The notes: generated from the letters alone by a model not told the origin. 63,849 bases of DNA, filler included, from Octopus bimaculoides (GCF_001194135.2; 5 parts of 5 records of this genome joined end to end with filler, not necessarily neighbours in it); one strand, 5' to 3'; shown: positions 14,121 through 30,282, numbered from the whole stretch's first letter. Numbers and translations are program-made.

Positions 14121-14122
<2 letters not shown>
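12866..14122 (+). mobile_element. decayed mariner (DD34D-type) transposon; transposase pseudogene at about 13037-14065
   Basis: Motifs MGRTQ, EDRRRTI, ITGDKSFVY, QWKSPSSPLPKKARQS, SMLIVF, YCDALKRLRE, HDDNAPCH, FPKMKMQLKG, with stops and frameshifts; right TIR-like end GGACTTTTTGGTACCACCTAG-TA; left TIR absent. Confidence 0.92.
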
Positions 14123-14182
<60 letters not shown>

Positions 14183-15038
14183 CTTATGTATATAAGTAGT
14201 TATACTTTGGGTATACGCCACGTAGGTGTTCATCGACTTTATTGAACGAAGTACCTTTTGAAAAGTCACCTGACAAGACACATCTGCACTGATGATGCTC
14301 CACATCCGCGAGAGACGACCAGTTTATGCCCACAGATTGCAAATTGCATCTTTTGACCCACTCTAAAAGCACGAGCATGTATGAAAGAGGATCTTTAAAA
14401 TCATATTCGATTAGACGTTAACACATGTAAGTATCTACTCTGTTGCCTCCGTGCATTTCACAAAATAACTGGAATCATGCCTAAATCAGAAAATATTACA
14501 TTAGTATAGCAGCATTGCTCTGAAATAGTATTCTATTCATTTTTTCTTTAATATAGTGATGTAGTATTTATTTATAACACAATCGATCCGTTGCTCTCCT
14601 TGCATAGTATTCTTTGTTATATAACTAATGTATGATAATATTTTGCTTTGCACAATTATGTATTCACTACATTAATCTTCGAAACATTTCAATATATATT
14701 TAAAAGTAAAATTAAATTAAGTTTTAACTGTTGCGGTTATAGATTGCTAGAGGTTTAAGTGTTAGTTCCGCCAATGACCGAGCTAATTGGGCAAACGTCA
14801 TCAGTTTCTGTGTCTTTCCAGAGATTTGGAAAAGCAATCGTAACAGCGATTGATTGACCGATTTATGAATGGAGAGTACATAATTACGCTAGGTTTACAA
14901 AAAACAATATTCATTATTTGTAACAATGCAATGCGTACGCTTGTGTATTGGTTGTGTCTCTGTGTTTGAATATACACATGTGTGTATTTGAATATACGCG
15001 TATGTGTTGAGTGGCAGAGAGAGAGAGAGAAAGATAGA

Positions 15039-15080
<42 letters not shown>

Positions 15081-15140
15081 CAGAGAGAGAGAGCAAGTGT
15101 ATGCGTATGTATAGTGTTATGTGTTATAGTTCGTCTATCG

Positions 15141-15360
15141 ACGAAGGGATGCTGAAAAGTTCCTGGCTTTAAGGGGATCGTGAAAGGCCTGGCTGGAGGC
15201 CCAACCTTCTGAGTTCTTTTCCACGGGTTAGAAAACCCGAAAAACCGCTGCAATAAGTGTGTGAATCTGAGAGAGGAATATGTTGAATGAAATCATAATT
15301 AACTGATCCTCTTGTATTTTCTTTTACTAAGAGCCAAGAACATTTCAGTACTCCCTCATA
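15141..15360 (+). mobile_element. mariner-derived MITE
   Basis: Imperfect ~30-bp TIRs (ACGAAGGGATGCTGAAAAGTTCCTGGCTTT / AAGAGCCAAGAACATTTCAGTACTCCCTCATA); internal transposase C-terminus remnant RCNKCVNLREEYVE. Confidence 0.8.
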
Positions 15361-15710
15361 TAGTTTCCATATTCCTCCTGAGGTCTGAATCATACCCGCC
15401 GAGGAGTATCACTTACCACTGCATAGAAATCTTCCTAAAACTTGACATTCATTCAAACACATGGTTATGCAGCCACACCACTCAATAAATATGCAACACT
15501 ATATTTATTTGTTTGAATATATCCGCTAATTTACTGCTTCACTACTCGAAGTTTCGTCTTGTGGGGCGACCTAGTGAAAATCCCACTTTAGTGAAAAAAA
15601 TAAAGATGTATGTATGTATATATATATATATGTGTGTGTGCGTGTGAGTGTGTGTAAATATGTATAATATGTATGTACATATGTATATATGAACGTACGT
15701 ATGTATGTAT

Positions 15711-16158
15711 TCTTTTATTGTTTTATTTGTTTCAGTCGTTTGACTGTGGCCATGCTGGAGCACTGCCTTTTAGTCGAAGAAATCGACCCCAGGACTTATT
15801 CTTTGTAAGCTTGGTACTTATTTTATCGGTCTAAACATACAAGCATCGGTTGTCAAGCAATGGTGGAGGTGACAAATACAGACACAAAGATACACANNNN
15901 NNNNNNNNNNNNNNNNNNNNNNNNNNNNNNNNNNNNNNNNNNNNNNNNNNNNNNNNNNNNNNNNNNNNNNNNNNNNNNNNNNNNNATATACACACGACGA
16001 GCTTCTCTCAGTTTCTGTTTACCAAATCCACTCACAAGGCTTTGGGCGGCCCGAGGCTATAGTAGAAGACACTTGCCCGAGGTGCCACACCGTAGGATTG
16101 AACCCAGAACCATGTGGTTGGAAAGCAAGCTTTTTACTACACAGCCACGCCTGCGCCT
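15711..16158 (-). mobile_element. SINE family A, full length, internal microsatellite falls in a gap
   Basis: Both halves match the reverse complement of 34584-34998. Confidence 0.85.
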
Positions 16159-16833
16159 ATATGTATGTATGTATGTATGTATGTATGCATGTATGCATGT
16201 ATGTATGGTCTTCATTTCACGTCAACAATAATTCTAGACAAGTGAGAAGAAAAATAATTTTCACTCGATCTGTCAAAGGCCTAAGCTCATTGCACAAGTA
16301 CCTTGATTTTCTGGTATCAGAGACTTACAGAGTCGATGCAGCACAATAAATTTTCCGTTTTTTAATTTTTTTTTATTAATCACTGGAACAAGGATAGCCA
16401 ATGAGTTTTTCAGGATTTCTAAGACTGGTAATATTAATGTAGGCTAGAGCCTGCAGAAAATGAAAGAAAATATAAGTGAAATTCCTGATAAGAAATAATT
16501 CGGTCAATAATTGGGTATTGCGATAGCAAAGAATATTAAATAGAAAATAATGTGTACGTTAGATATAACTGGGTGGAAGAGGATGCAGTCAGTTAGTTCA
16601 GAAGAACAATGGGTATTGGAGTTTCAGTAGAAGACACAGAGCGAAGCAACAGTTTGCCCGTCAACCAGTTGTTTTAACGTTTTGTTGAGTGACGCTTTAC
16701 CAGATATATGAATAGTCTTTCATTTGTAGTCTAGGTTTTGTTTATAATAACGTATGCGAGCAATACTGCAATGCGGGTTTTGTTTGAGTTTTGTAGAGAA
16801 TTTTGCGTCAATAAAGAAGATATTTTGCTTCAT

Positions 16834-16866
<33 letters not shown>

Positions 16867-17399
16867 CACACACAGATTTATACATAATCGACAACTTCCA
16901 TCCCCACCCAAGAAAAAATATGGCCTTCCCTGATATATCCTACTGAAGATTTTTTAATTCAGTAACACAGCTGTCACATCCGGTGTTTCAACTGTCATTG
17001 TGTCATTTCTAGTTCCATACACCACATGGTTAATTCTGTTTCGAATTATCTTATCTTGATAACATTTTAACTTCAACCAAATCGATATTTTCATTATATA
17101 TTAAGAAACAATAACGCGTAAACTGAAAACTAAGATATCACCAAGGACTGAAAAGCCCAACGTTTAGGACTTTTAGTAGGAATTTCATTGTTCAGTTTTA
17201 CAGAAGGCAATGTAAAGTCTGTAAACGGAGAATTTAAATATTTCAGTATAGGAGTGTTTCAAACTAACATCTGTATAACTTTGTCTCTTTCGAAGATCGT
17301 ATTGTAAGCGAAGAATTGAGAAGTGAAAAGGTATGGAAAATTACTTTCTGTTGTTCTTAAGTGTGTGTGTCATAGAAGTTTGTAACTTATATATATTGT

Positions 17400-18180
17400 A
17401 AATTTCCGTCATCCAAACAGCTTTTGTTACCCCAGTCTCTGTTTATATTCATCGGATTCCCTTAAGACAGAAAACACTTATTTTTTTTATTATGTTCACG
17501 TAGTGTAACTATTTGTATCAGATTTCTTTTATTATTTACTAAATATTTTAATAGTCCTACAGTAGATATTTTATAGTACTTTCGTATTTTGAGATGAAAC
17601 TCTACCTCGATTTATTTGTGAGAAATATATTTCTGTGTCGGTTTTTGGATAGCGTATTCTAAGTGCAGTCATTATTTTTCTTGTTTTCCGGTCTATTCTT
17701 GCTAATTCACTCAGCTTCCTGTTAAGAGTATTACAACTATAAACTACTGAAAAAACCAGAGTATTGACATCTATTACCTTGTTTTTAGTATTTAATTTAG
17801 TTTAGCAGTATTAATCTAATGTGTCTACAATTTTCCTCCATAAACTTTTCACTTGTGAGTTTACTGTGTCTGGTTCATTAATTCTTAAGCATTTATAAGT
17901 CATTATTTTGTCACATTCGCTTATTTGTATTTTTTTTTATCTATCACAACATGAATGTTGTTTTATTAATGTTTTTTTCTCTTCGAGATGGCATTGACAT
18001 ATTTTTACGAATCTATATCAGTTTCCCTACGGAATCCGTATACTATATGTAACAATGTTTCCAGTTATTTGTAACCTGCAGGACATAATATAACATAAAT
18101 ACAGCCATATTTTTTATTACTTCATACTCCACATCCTGGTATTATTATCTGACAAGAGGTTGAGATTTTTCGGCAATTGA
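17400..18180 (-). mobile_element. decayed non-LTR retrotransposon RT/thumb fragment, R4/Dong-like
   Basis: Minus-strand pieces TYKCLRINEPD and KNKVIDVNTL..KLSELARIDRKTRKIMTALRIRYPKTD resemble TYKYLG and ELKRLDRKTRK.MT..RMHHPKAD. Confidence 0.6.
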
Positions 18181-18296
18181 GTGGTCATAGTGAAACTTGT
18201 GTAATTCTCGACAGCTCTTATCCACGACAGCCTCCATATCATGCGAAACAGCGGATCGGCACTATGTTGTTGGTAGAATGATCCAAAGAGTTAGAC

Positions 18297-18454
18297 AGGC
18301 GTGGTTGTGTGGTAAGAAGCCTTCTTCCTAACCACATAGTTCCGAGTTTAGTCCCACCACGTGGCACCTTGGGGAAGTGTCTTCTACTATAGCCTCGGGT
18401 CGACCAAAGCCTTGTGAGTGGATTTGGTAGACGGAAACTGGAAGAAACTGGTCG

Positions 18455-18512
<58 letters not shown>

Positions 18513-18722
18513 TGTGTGTCTTTGTGTCTATGTTTGTCACCCACCGCCTCTTGACAACTGGTGTTGGTGAGTTTATGTCCCCATAAATTAGTGGTTCGGC
18601 AAAAGAGACCGATAGAATAAGTACCCGGCTTAGCAAAATAATTAAGTACTGGTGTCGAGTCATTAAACTAAAAATTCTTCAAGGTGGTGCTCCATCTAAT
18701 GACTGAAACAGATAAAAGATAA
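18297..18722 (+). mobile_element. SINE family A with internal (TA)n
   Basis: Homologous along its length to 34584-34998. Confidence 0.85.
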
Positions 18723-18979
18723 GAGATGAAAGACAAGATCAAATGTCACATCTGGCTGCTATTTTTAATGCCGTTTGTTTCGATTTCGTCTTAAGAGAAT
18801 GGATTGCTTCAACATACAACGATAGTGGCTAAACTAAACAGCTACCTATTGGAAAAGTCTAAACATCTACCTATTGGAAAAGTCTCTCGTCACGTGTTCA
18901 ATCCGTCAGCAATTCTTCCTCTCATTTCTTCTGTATATTCTGGGGCTCGAACGATTACTGAGAGGTGAGACGACTTGAG

Positions 18980-19290
18980 AAGTATCTCGTTGAAACATAG
19001 ATAACGTGGTGAGATCTGTGTCCTCAAGTCTAAGAGAACGATGTCCAGGTCACGTTGTCAAGCGCATCGGAATTTGATGTCGGTAGCATACTGGAATATT
19101 AACAAGTGGTAAAGGGTACACGCATTAACTGGAACAAGTCGGTGTGCTTATAGCTTAGCGCTTGGAGGGACAAGTCCATGGGAGTTGGTAACTTCTTATG
19201 GTGAAGCGAAGGTTAGGTTAAAATTTGGTTCGTCCTGAACCTCCGAGGAAAGACAACTAGAAATAGATTTCGAACAGAATGGCTACTCTC
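18980..19290 (+). mobile_element. decayed L1/Tx1-like RT fragment
   Basis: RINWNKSVCL*LSAWRDKSM and a degenerate K.LGVWFGP-like segment. Confidence 0.45.
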
Positions 19291-21165
19291 TCTCAAACAG
19301 TTTTATTTGCTACTTTCTTCCGAGTGATGTTTTGGTGCTAAATGAGTGATCCATAATTTCTATTGAAGACCATAGTTCCGTGGTAAATTGTGATATTTAG
19401 ACGTCACTTTGAACTCCTTGTCTGTCAGCACAGGCATGTCATCAAGTGCCTCAGCTATTTCATTTCAACATACCGAGTATGGTACATACTTCCACACATT
19501 TTTTTTCACTTCATATAGATATAGCCATATACCTAGTTATATGGATATTGCTATATACCTGTCATGTCTGATGATATATTTTATCATTGTGAGGACTAAG
19601 CTGTTAGCAATAATGCAGTCGATCGTTCATTTTTATTAATTAGTCCGCAGCTGATATCAGCTTTAACATACATTATTCGTTGAGATAATTCTCTAATCAT
19701 ATTTATTGTGGCTTCTAATTTGATTCAGATGTTGCTTTTGTTGTTGGAAAATCTTCCAATGCTGTTATTGTTCTTAAAATTAATATCTTGATAGTTGTCT
19801 TGTCCAATGTGTCTATGTCACAATGAGTTACTTCAACTCTTTTCATTTTCAATAAAAAAGAGAAAATTCACTTTTTCTTTTAAGTTTGTATTTTCAGCAT
19901 ATTTAGTTTTATCTTTCTTCAGTTCGTTTACATATTTATTTTTTTATTGCACTGAATAAGGATTGGTCATTTTCTGTATGTTTGTGAATTTTATTCAACA
20001 TATTTTTACTTGTTTATTTATTTATTTTTTTTTTTGTGGGTTTCTATAAAGAATGACTTGCTTCAATGGCATTTCTTCCAGCTTTTTACACTGTGAGTTC
20101 AAATCTCACCGAGGAAAACTTTGCCTTTCACCAATAAAATAAGCAACAGTCATTCACTGGAGATCGATGTAATCAGTTATACACCCCACTCTAAAATTGT
20201 TGGCCGTTTGCAAAATTAGAAAGAATTATCATCATTGTTGTATTTAAGACTGTGGGCTGGCAGAATTGATAGTGCATCGGTTAAAATGCTTAGCGGCATT
20301 TCTTCTGACTCTTTATATTCTGAGAATAAATCTTGCCATTCTGAATATAGATCTCGTCAAAGTCAAACTTTGTCATTCTGAGTATAAATCTCGCCAAAGT
20401 CAACTTTGCCTTGCATCCTTTCGGGCTTCGATAAAATAAGAACCATAAAGTTGATGAAATCGACTATATACCTCCCCTTAAATTTGTTGGCTTTGTGCCT
20501 AAATTTGAAACATCGTTATTGGTGGCAATGGTGAAGCCAAAAAGCCATATCCCTCTATATTTAATGACATACAGATTTAACAATAAAAGCGAAATATCAT
20601 AAATAACAAAATACATACTCTTGGCAGCCGCATTTAAGGTGCATTGCTGCAGAGAATTAGCTACGAACAATAATCTCACTTCGTAAAAAGAATTTGCCGT
20701 TGGCAAATAGATGTTGCAGAAGTACATTTACAAAAAGAAAAACAAAAAAAACTGTAGAATAGAAAAGACAGAAGTGTTTAGGAAAAAATGGCAAATTTAA
20801 GCAAGCTTTGTCAAGACTTTGGGGCATTATTTCTGTTTTACAATTCCTACCGCTTACTATGATACGGAAAACCAAATGCAATTAACGGGCAGAAACACTG
20901 ATTTGAATGATGTTTTTATATTTGTAACTTTGGTCTTTGTTATTGTCGTTGTTGTTGTTATTGTTGGTGCTGTTTTTATTGTTACTGGCCTTACTACATT
21001 CGTTGATGTTAATTTGTTATATTGTTGTTTTCTTTTCATTGAAGTAGATGAGTGGAGGCGTCACAGTCGAAGGTGGTGATGACAATCATAACCACTATGA
21101 CACAAACGGTATGGTGATGACAATATCAATCTTAATTGCAAACAAACATTCAGCACAGCTAAAGT

Positions 21166-21214
<49 letters not shown>

Positions 21215-21316
21215 GCTACTGCTGCTGCTGCTGCTGCTGCTGCTACTACTACTGCTACTACTACTACTACTACTACTACTACTATTACTACTTCAGATTT
21301 ATATATAATATATATG

Positions 21317-21364
<48 letters not shown>

Positions 21365-21385
21365 TGTGTGTGTGTGTAAGTATGT

Positions 21386-21668
21386 GGAGGCGCAATGGCC
21401 CAGTGGTTAGGGCAGCGGACTCGCGGCCATAGGATCGCGTTTTCGATTCCCAGACGGGCGTTATGAGTGTTTATTGAGTGAAAACACTTCCTGTATTTCA
21501 AAGGGCCAGCCTTGTCACACTCTGTGTCATGCTGAATCTTCCCGAGAACTACGTTAAGGGCACACGTGTCTGTGGAGTGCTCAGCCACTTGTACGTTAAT
21601 TTCACGATCAGACTTTTCCGTTGTTCGGATCAACCGGAACCCTCGTCGTCATAACCGACGGAGTGCCA
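21386..21668 (+). mobile_element. tRNA-derived SINE, GGAGGCGCAATGG head joined to the tail of 184-490
   Basis: A-box TGGCCCAGTGG and B-box-like TTTCGATTCCC; head shared with 35245-35543, tail shared with 184-490. Confidence 0.85.
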
Positions 21669-21673
21669 CGAGA

Positions 21674-21702
<29 letters not shown>

Positions 21703-21707
<5 letters not shown>

Positions 21708-21883
21708 GCAATAAAAAAATGGAGGGGAATAGGTATTATTCATCAACTTGCAGACATTATATTGTGTCAATTTACTTGTGTATTTGTTTACTAAAAGGAC
21801 AAACAAATAAACAAATTGACACAATACAATGTCTGCAAGTTGATGAATACCACCTATTCCCCTCCATTTTCTTATAGCGATAT
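21703..21883. repeat. fold-back hairpin, ~85-bp arms and ~9-nt loop (MITE-like)
   Basis: AAAATGGAGGGGAATAGGT..TTGTGTCAATT is the reverse complement of AATTGACACAA..ACCTATTCCCCTCCATTTT, with few mismatches. Confidence 0.9.
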
Positions 21884-22070
21884 AAATCAATGGTAAAATA
21901 TCTTTTTACCCGCACTCATTTATTGCACTTGGTAATGTAATTGCCATGCAATGAAAAAACACTAGTGTAATAATAATTGGGTATTCTTCCACCAGTATAT
22001 TAGATAGATATTATCCCTTAGTGGGTTGGATTCACAACCCCTAACTTTCTTGGATATATATATATATATA

Positions 22071-24505
22071 CTACATGGGAAAATGCGAGCAAGAGAAATA
22101 ATATTCTTAAGATTATAAACCTGCGACATTACATGACAAGTTATACTTCGAAAAGTTCAGGACAACTTATTCCATCTGGTAAAGTTCAGAACAGGAAAAC
22201 TTTTACTTAAAATATTGCAGCTAAGGATAAAATTTCAAATAAAATATTTAGATTTAGAAAATATTAGTTTTATTATGACTAGAAATTTTATTACAAGTTA
22301 TTACTTCTATGTGTTATTACTTGTTACTTTTATTATAAATTACATGGAAAAATGCGAGCATGAAAAGTCATATTCTTAAGATTATAAACCTGGAAAAGTA
22401 CAGGACAAGTTATTACACCTGTAAAAGTATAGGACAAACTATTACTTCAAGTAAAGTAAAGAATAAGAACCTTTTTACTTAAAATATTGCAGCAAAGAAT
22501 GCCACTTCTTCTAATTTATCATTCTTTACAGGTCTCATCTTTTAAATTTATTGTACAAAACTGTTCAGCTAATTTGTAAGTTTGTCTAATTAGTCACTAT
22601 TTTTTGGTATTTAAGGTAGTAAATTAGCCAAATTCTACTTAAATAAGTATAGTGTTATTTGTAAACTTTAATAAAAAATTTTTTAATATTCAAATTTTAA
22701 TTTTAGCTGCAATATTTTAAAGTAAAAAGCTTCTCATTCTTTACTTTACTTGAAGTAATAGTTTGTCGTATACTTTTACAGGTGTAATAACTTGTCCTGT
22801 ATTTTTCCAGGTTTATAATCTAAAGAATATTACTTTTCATGTTCGCATTTTTCCATGTAATCCATGATTTTTCCAGGCATTATTGTTTATAAGATAATTA
22901 ACAATGTGTCAATTAATAATTTAGGACTTTACCTTCTGAAATACTGGGTAGGGGATACATTAGCTGCTATTTTTAGCGTGTCGAGCGACCAAGTAGAGGC
23001 TCTTTTATTGGTTTGATTGCGAGATGAGATTTATTTTACATATATATGTATAATATGCATATATATCATCGGCAGAAGTTAGAGGGTAAGTCAAAAGCTG
23101 AGAGTTTCGTGTATTGGCACTTATCAAACACGAATTTGTCCATTGTCATTCTGTAACTTGTGATGAAATAACTTCTAAAATACAAAAACTTGTCAAAAAC
23201 GTTAAGAGTAAACCCTGTTGTATGTGACACATTGTACCAATATCGGAAGTTTCAAAGTGTTTAGTTTTTAAAAAATGAATCAAATAATCTGTACGTCAAA
23301 TTGAATAGATACGAAATGGATAAAAAGCGAAGTCGACCTCGGTGGAATTTAAATTCAAAAGTTAAACACAGGTGAAATACCGTTAAGCATTTCGCCCAGC
23401 GTGCTAACGGTTCTGCCAGCTCGATACTTTAGGAAGCAACTGTTCATTTTAGCAATATATTCTTTATTCCTATTGCTAAGCGTTACTTCCTTACTCTCTT
23501 ACTGACACGAAATTTCGTGGCATTTCACCCCATAACTTTTCTTCCACTAACTTTTGTTCAATGCGACTAACGACTCTGAATTCCTCATACATTTCTCTAT
23601 CCATTAAGCCTAAGAAAAATATACTTTTATTTTAAAATTAAAATGTTTATGTTAATTGAAGGTGAATAGGTGCCTCAGTGCCCCCCTTGAAGTCGCAGCT
23701 ATTTTTATGTAAGTTTTTTTCTACTGAACCAAATCTCAAACTATTTATGCCAAAGTGTAGCTGAGGAGGTATCCTCTTTAAAACTGTTAACATTTTGCAA
23801 TTTAGTTGAGAACTGAATTAGTGGTGAAGCTTGAAATCTGCTGCGATTGACGAAATGGTGGACTTAAGAATATATTCAACCACTATTGTGGTTGAATGAT
23901 AAAAAAATAACTCAAAATATATTTTGCACTTTAAAAAAATTCATTTTTTAAAATGATAAATTAATAATTAGAAATTTAGAATATGTTATAAAAAATAATA
24001 GTAGTACATAATTAGTTAGTATAATAAATAGAATAGTATAAAAATTAGTTATATACTACAGTAAAATCTACCTATAACAACAAATTCACAGCAATATTTG
24101 CTTGAGTTACTGCCAAGTCTTCACATTTTTAGTCTTGACTCAATGCCTATATTTTACATAATGAATTTGCCTACCATATATACTATTCTACTTTGCATAA
24201 AACTTTAGCTATATTGGTACTTCTGGCTCTCGTTTTTTAAGTATTCGTGTGTGTCAATATTTTAACAAAATGATGTTACCTTTTTTAATTATAATGTTAC
24301 TTTGTAAATTAAAACCAAATAATTTTTGATATTCAAATTTTATCCTTAGCAGCAATATTTCAAGTAAAAAATTTCTTGTTCTGTACTTTACCAGATGTAA
24401 TAATTTGTCCTGAACCTTTCTAAGTGTAATAACTTGTCCTGTAATTTTGCAGGTTTATAATCTTAAGAATATTACTTCTCTTGCTTGCATTTCTCCATGT
24501 AATCC
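22071..24505. mobile_element. nested long-TIR (foldback-like) non-autonomous elements
   Basis: Outer arms ~22071-22245 and ~24331-24505; inner arms ~22341-22493 and ~22706-22863; termini TACATGG / CCATGTAATCC; ACAGGACAAGTTATTAC subrepeats. Confidence 0.75.
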
Positions 24506-24563
24506 ATACTTTTCCAGCCTATGCTATTATGCTAATTGATAATGTGTCAAATGTGTCAAATAT

Positions 24564-27110
<2,547 letters not shown>

Positions 27111-27256
27111 TCTTCACCCACGCTACCAACACAACGGTAGTTATTCTAACATTTTTTTTCTTTCTTTGACATGCTCATACACGCATACCCTTCTCTCCAT
27201 AACCCTGTGCCCGCTCTTTCCCTTAAACACTTGTTCCAATTAAATATCAATCTGAA

Positions 27257-27289
<33 letters not shown>

Positions 27290-27689
27290 AGCTCCTTTGT
27301 CTTCGTTCCCTGATCGATAATTCTTGATTTCCTTATTGCCTTTATCATTCTTCAGTCCAAGGCATTTTATTACTTCACATTCTAAGCTAGAACACACTTA
27401 TCAATATTCCCCCTTTTGTGAAATCAACGTACTTGTTACTTTCCTTTTGCAAATTCCTCCTTATTTTTCACACACCCACTGCTTCAGTGCCACATGTTTG
27501 GAATCAATCATTTGTCATTTCAGCCAGCAAAACCAGCTCGATTCATCTCTGTATCGCTGGGTGCCTATATTTCTTTTCTTCGTGGCATCAACTTCATAAA
27601 CAATTATTCTTTTTTTTCTTTTATAATTTTGAAATTTTCTAATCTCGGAGTTAACCGTCCTTTTTGACAAAGACTGTTCGTAATAGCTT

Positions 27690-27818
27690 CAAAGTTTGCT
27701 TCTCATCCACATGGTTCCGGATTCAGTTCCAAAGCACGGCACTCTCTTACTATAATGTTGGACCGACCAAAGTCTTGTGAATGGATTTGGTAGACGGAAA
27801 TTGAAACCTATCTTTTGT

Positions 27819-27915
<97 letters not shown>

Positions 27916-28140
27916 CGTGCGTGTGTGTCTGTGCTTTTATTTGTCCTGCACCACCGCTTTACAATGGGTATTTGTGTAGTTATGTACCTGTAATTTAACG
28001 GTTCGGCAAAAGTACGCGATAGAATAAGTACCAGGCTTAAAGAAACTACGTACTGGGGTTGATTCGTTTGACTAAAAATTCATGAAGGTGGTGCCCCAGC
28101 ATGGCCGCAATCTAATGACTGAAATAAGTAAAAGAAATGA
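27690..28140 (+). mobile_element. degenerate SINE family A with internal (GT)n
   Basis: CCACATGGTTCCGGATTCAG.. and GGTTCGGCAAAAG..GACTGAAATAAGTAAAAG segments. Confidence 0.75.
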
Positions 28141-28524
28141 AAGCAAATAAAGCAAAGACCTTAGTATAGAATTATACATATAACAGGAAAATCAGGCAAG
28201 CAAGAGTTCACAGTAATTCTTCGTTGATACAGAGATATCATAAAAATTAACAGGAGAGTGTCTGAGTAGTCCTTCATAGTGGTTGTTCATGGATATGCAG
28301 GGTTACTCACAACCTCTACTCCCATGTTTGTGAGGTCTGAGCGTGAACGAATTCTCCAGATATTCACCTACGTATCCATGAGAAGCTAGTAAAGACTAAC
28401 TACTCGAATCTGCCTCTCCTTTATCTGCGATATTAGAGGATAAACTTTCAGGATACATATATCTATACACCAAGAATTACAAAAACTTTCGCTTTCCTGA
28501 TTTTCCTATTTCCTTCCTTGCTTA

Positions 28525-28584
<60 letters not shown>

Positions 28585-28684
28585 NNNNNNNNNNNNNNNN
28601 NNNNNNNNNNNNNNNNNNNNNNNNNNNNTTAATTAATTAANNNNNNNNNNNNNNNNNNNNNNNNNNNNNNNNNNNNNNNNNNNN
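28585..28684. other. artificial scaffold linker 44N-TTAATTAATTAA-44N (also 39577-39676, 47134-47233, 62595-62694)
   Basis: Four identical 100-base constructs; the 12-mer has stop codons in all six frames. Confidence 0.95.
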
Positions 28685-30282
28685 CACGATCAACAGGCGT
28701 GAAAACAGGTTTTCTTTGTCCTGTCACAAAGGGATTGATTATCTCCCTTTGACCTACGACCTCAGCCATGTCAGACGAAGTTCAAATGGACAGGAGCTGA
28801 CTTATTTAGGTACAAACTCTGCTGTAGTATGTCTGTCCTTCTAGCTGCCACTATTATTATAAATACCTGTGGTCTACAGACAGACGGGAGAAGAGAAGGC
28901 CCTAGCAGCCAAACGAGGAACGTCTACGCCACAACAGCTTTTCTCAGAGACCAGAGCAATGTTCGACGATCCACGGTAGACTACTGTATCAGATGAGAAC
29001 TATGTACACACACACACACACACAAACGAACATTCATTTCTGACACATCACTTCTACAGATGTACCCTGTTTCTATTTCTAGCAACTCGTAGCAGTTGAT
29101 AACATTTTGCATGTAGTGAAGAATTATGCGTACCAACGACAAAGTCCAGTGAATAAATTATTTTTAATTATTAATCGATTCACTCATTCGTTTACTTCAA
29201 AGACATACACATTCCTTTTGCATCTGTTCACCATGATACATATTTAACCACTACAAGGTCAGTAACCTCAGATTACATGTCAATTACATCAACCCCAGTG
29301 CTCAACTGGTCCTTATTTCATTGACCCCCCAAAAGGGCAAAAGGCAAAGTCAACCTCGGCAGAATTTGAACTCAAAGCATAAAGATGGGGATGAAATACT
29401 TAGCAGCATCTTGTCTGGTGTCTTAATGGGTCTTCCAGCTTGCTACCTGAACCTTTTTTGCTGTAATCTTTGGACTGGTGATTTCTCTGAATGTCTTAAC
29501 TTATTTGATAAAATTTAGAATCAAGCTGTTAACATGATGGACCCTCTTCTTTTTTAGAGGATGAAGTCATTGTGTCCTCCATTGCCATAATGAACATTTT
29601 TCATTATCCTCCATCAAGATCTTTTAACATGTCTTCTGCTTCTCTTCCCAGCTTCCTCATCTCCCTGTTGAACTTTTCGTTAGTCACAGATTCTTTTATT
29701 TTTAGAGCTTCTTTCCTTGAACTGTTTCTCTCTGGAATTCACTAACCCCCCCGCCCCTCCAACATGTTTTCCTCTGATTCACTAACCCCCAACATTGTTT
29801 TCCTCTGATTCTATGATCTGTCTGCCAATCAACATCTTTTAAACTTGCCGATCCTTTCTCTTCCTTCTTTTTCGTCTCTTACGCTCCGATAGCCCCAGCA
29901 TTGTTTGGAAGAAAATCACAAGAAGAAAAAAGTATGAAAAGCAAGATCTTCCATGGAGGTTCGTTATTTTCTTTTTTCTTTTGTTTAATTTTGACACTTG
30001 TTAACAAGCTTGTTCAATGAAACCACCATTGCTTACAGATAATCCAGGCAAAGTATACTAAATCCTTTTCAAAATGAATGACACAAAGGCTTATATCGAA
30101 ATGGGAAACCTACCAAAAGTTGTTGAAAAATTCAACCAAAACATAAAATGGTAACGAGATTTAGCACAATGTGTGAAGGCTTCTATAGGAAGAGATCAAA
30201 TGACTTAAAAAGGAATAAACCTTTCTTTTTGTTTTGAAATAGATGACAAATTAAAAAGCATTTATTAAAGAAAATGGATAAC

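Noticed and set aside
14255-14350. Minus-strand AG..GT segment with two open frames
   Set aside because: No domain similarity and no partner exon
21386-21460. tRNA-like A/B-box sequences here and in other SINE heads
   Set aside because: They continue into SINE bodies and lack an acceptor stem; not tRNA genes
28879-28976. GC-balanced AG..GT segment (TDGRREGPSSQTRNVYATTAF..)
   Set aside because: Weak splice sites, phase does not fit the phase-1 acceptor at 40385, and no recognisable homology
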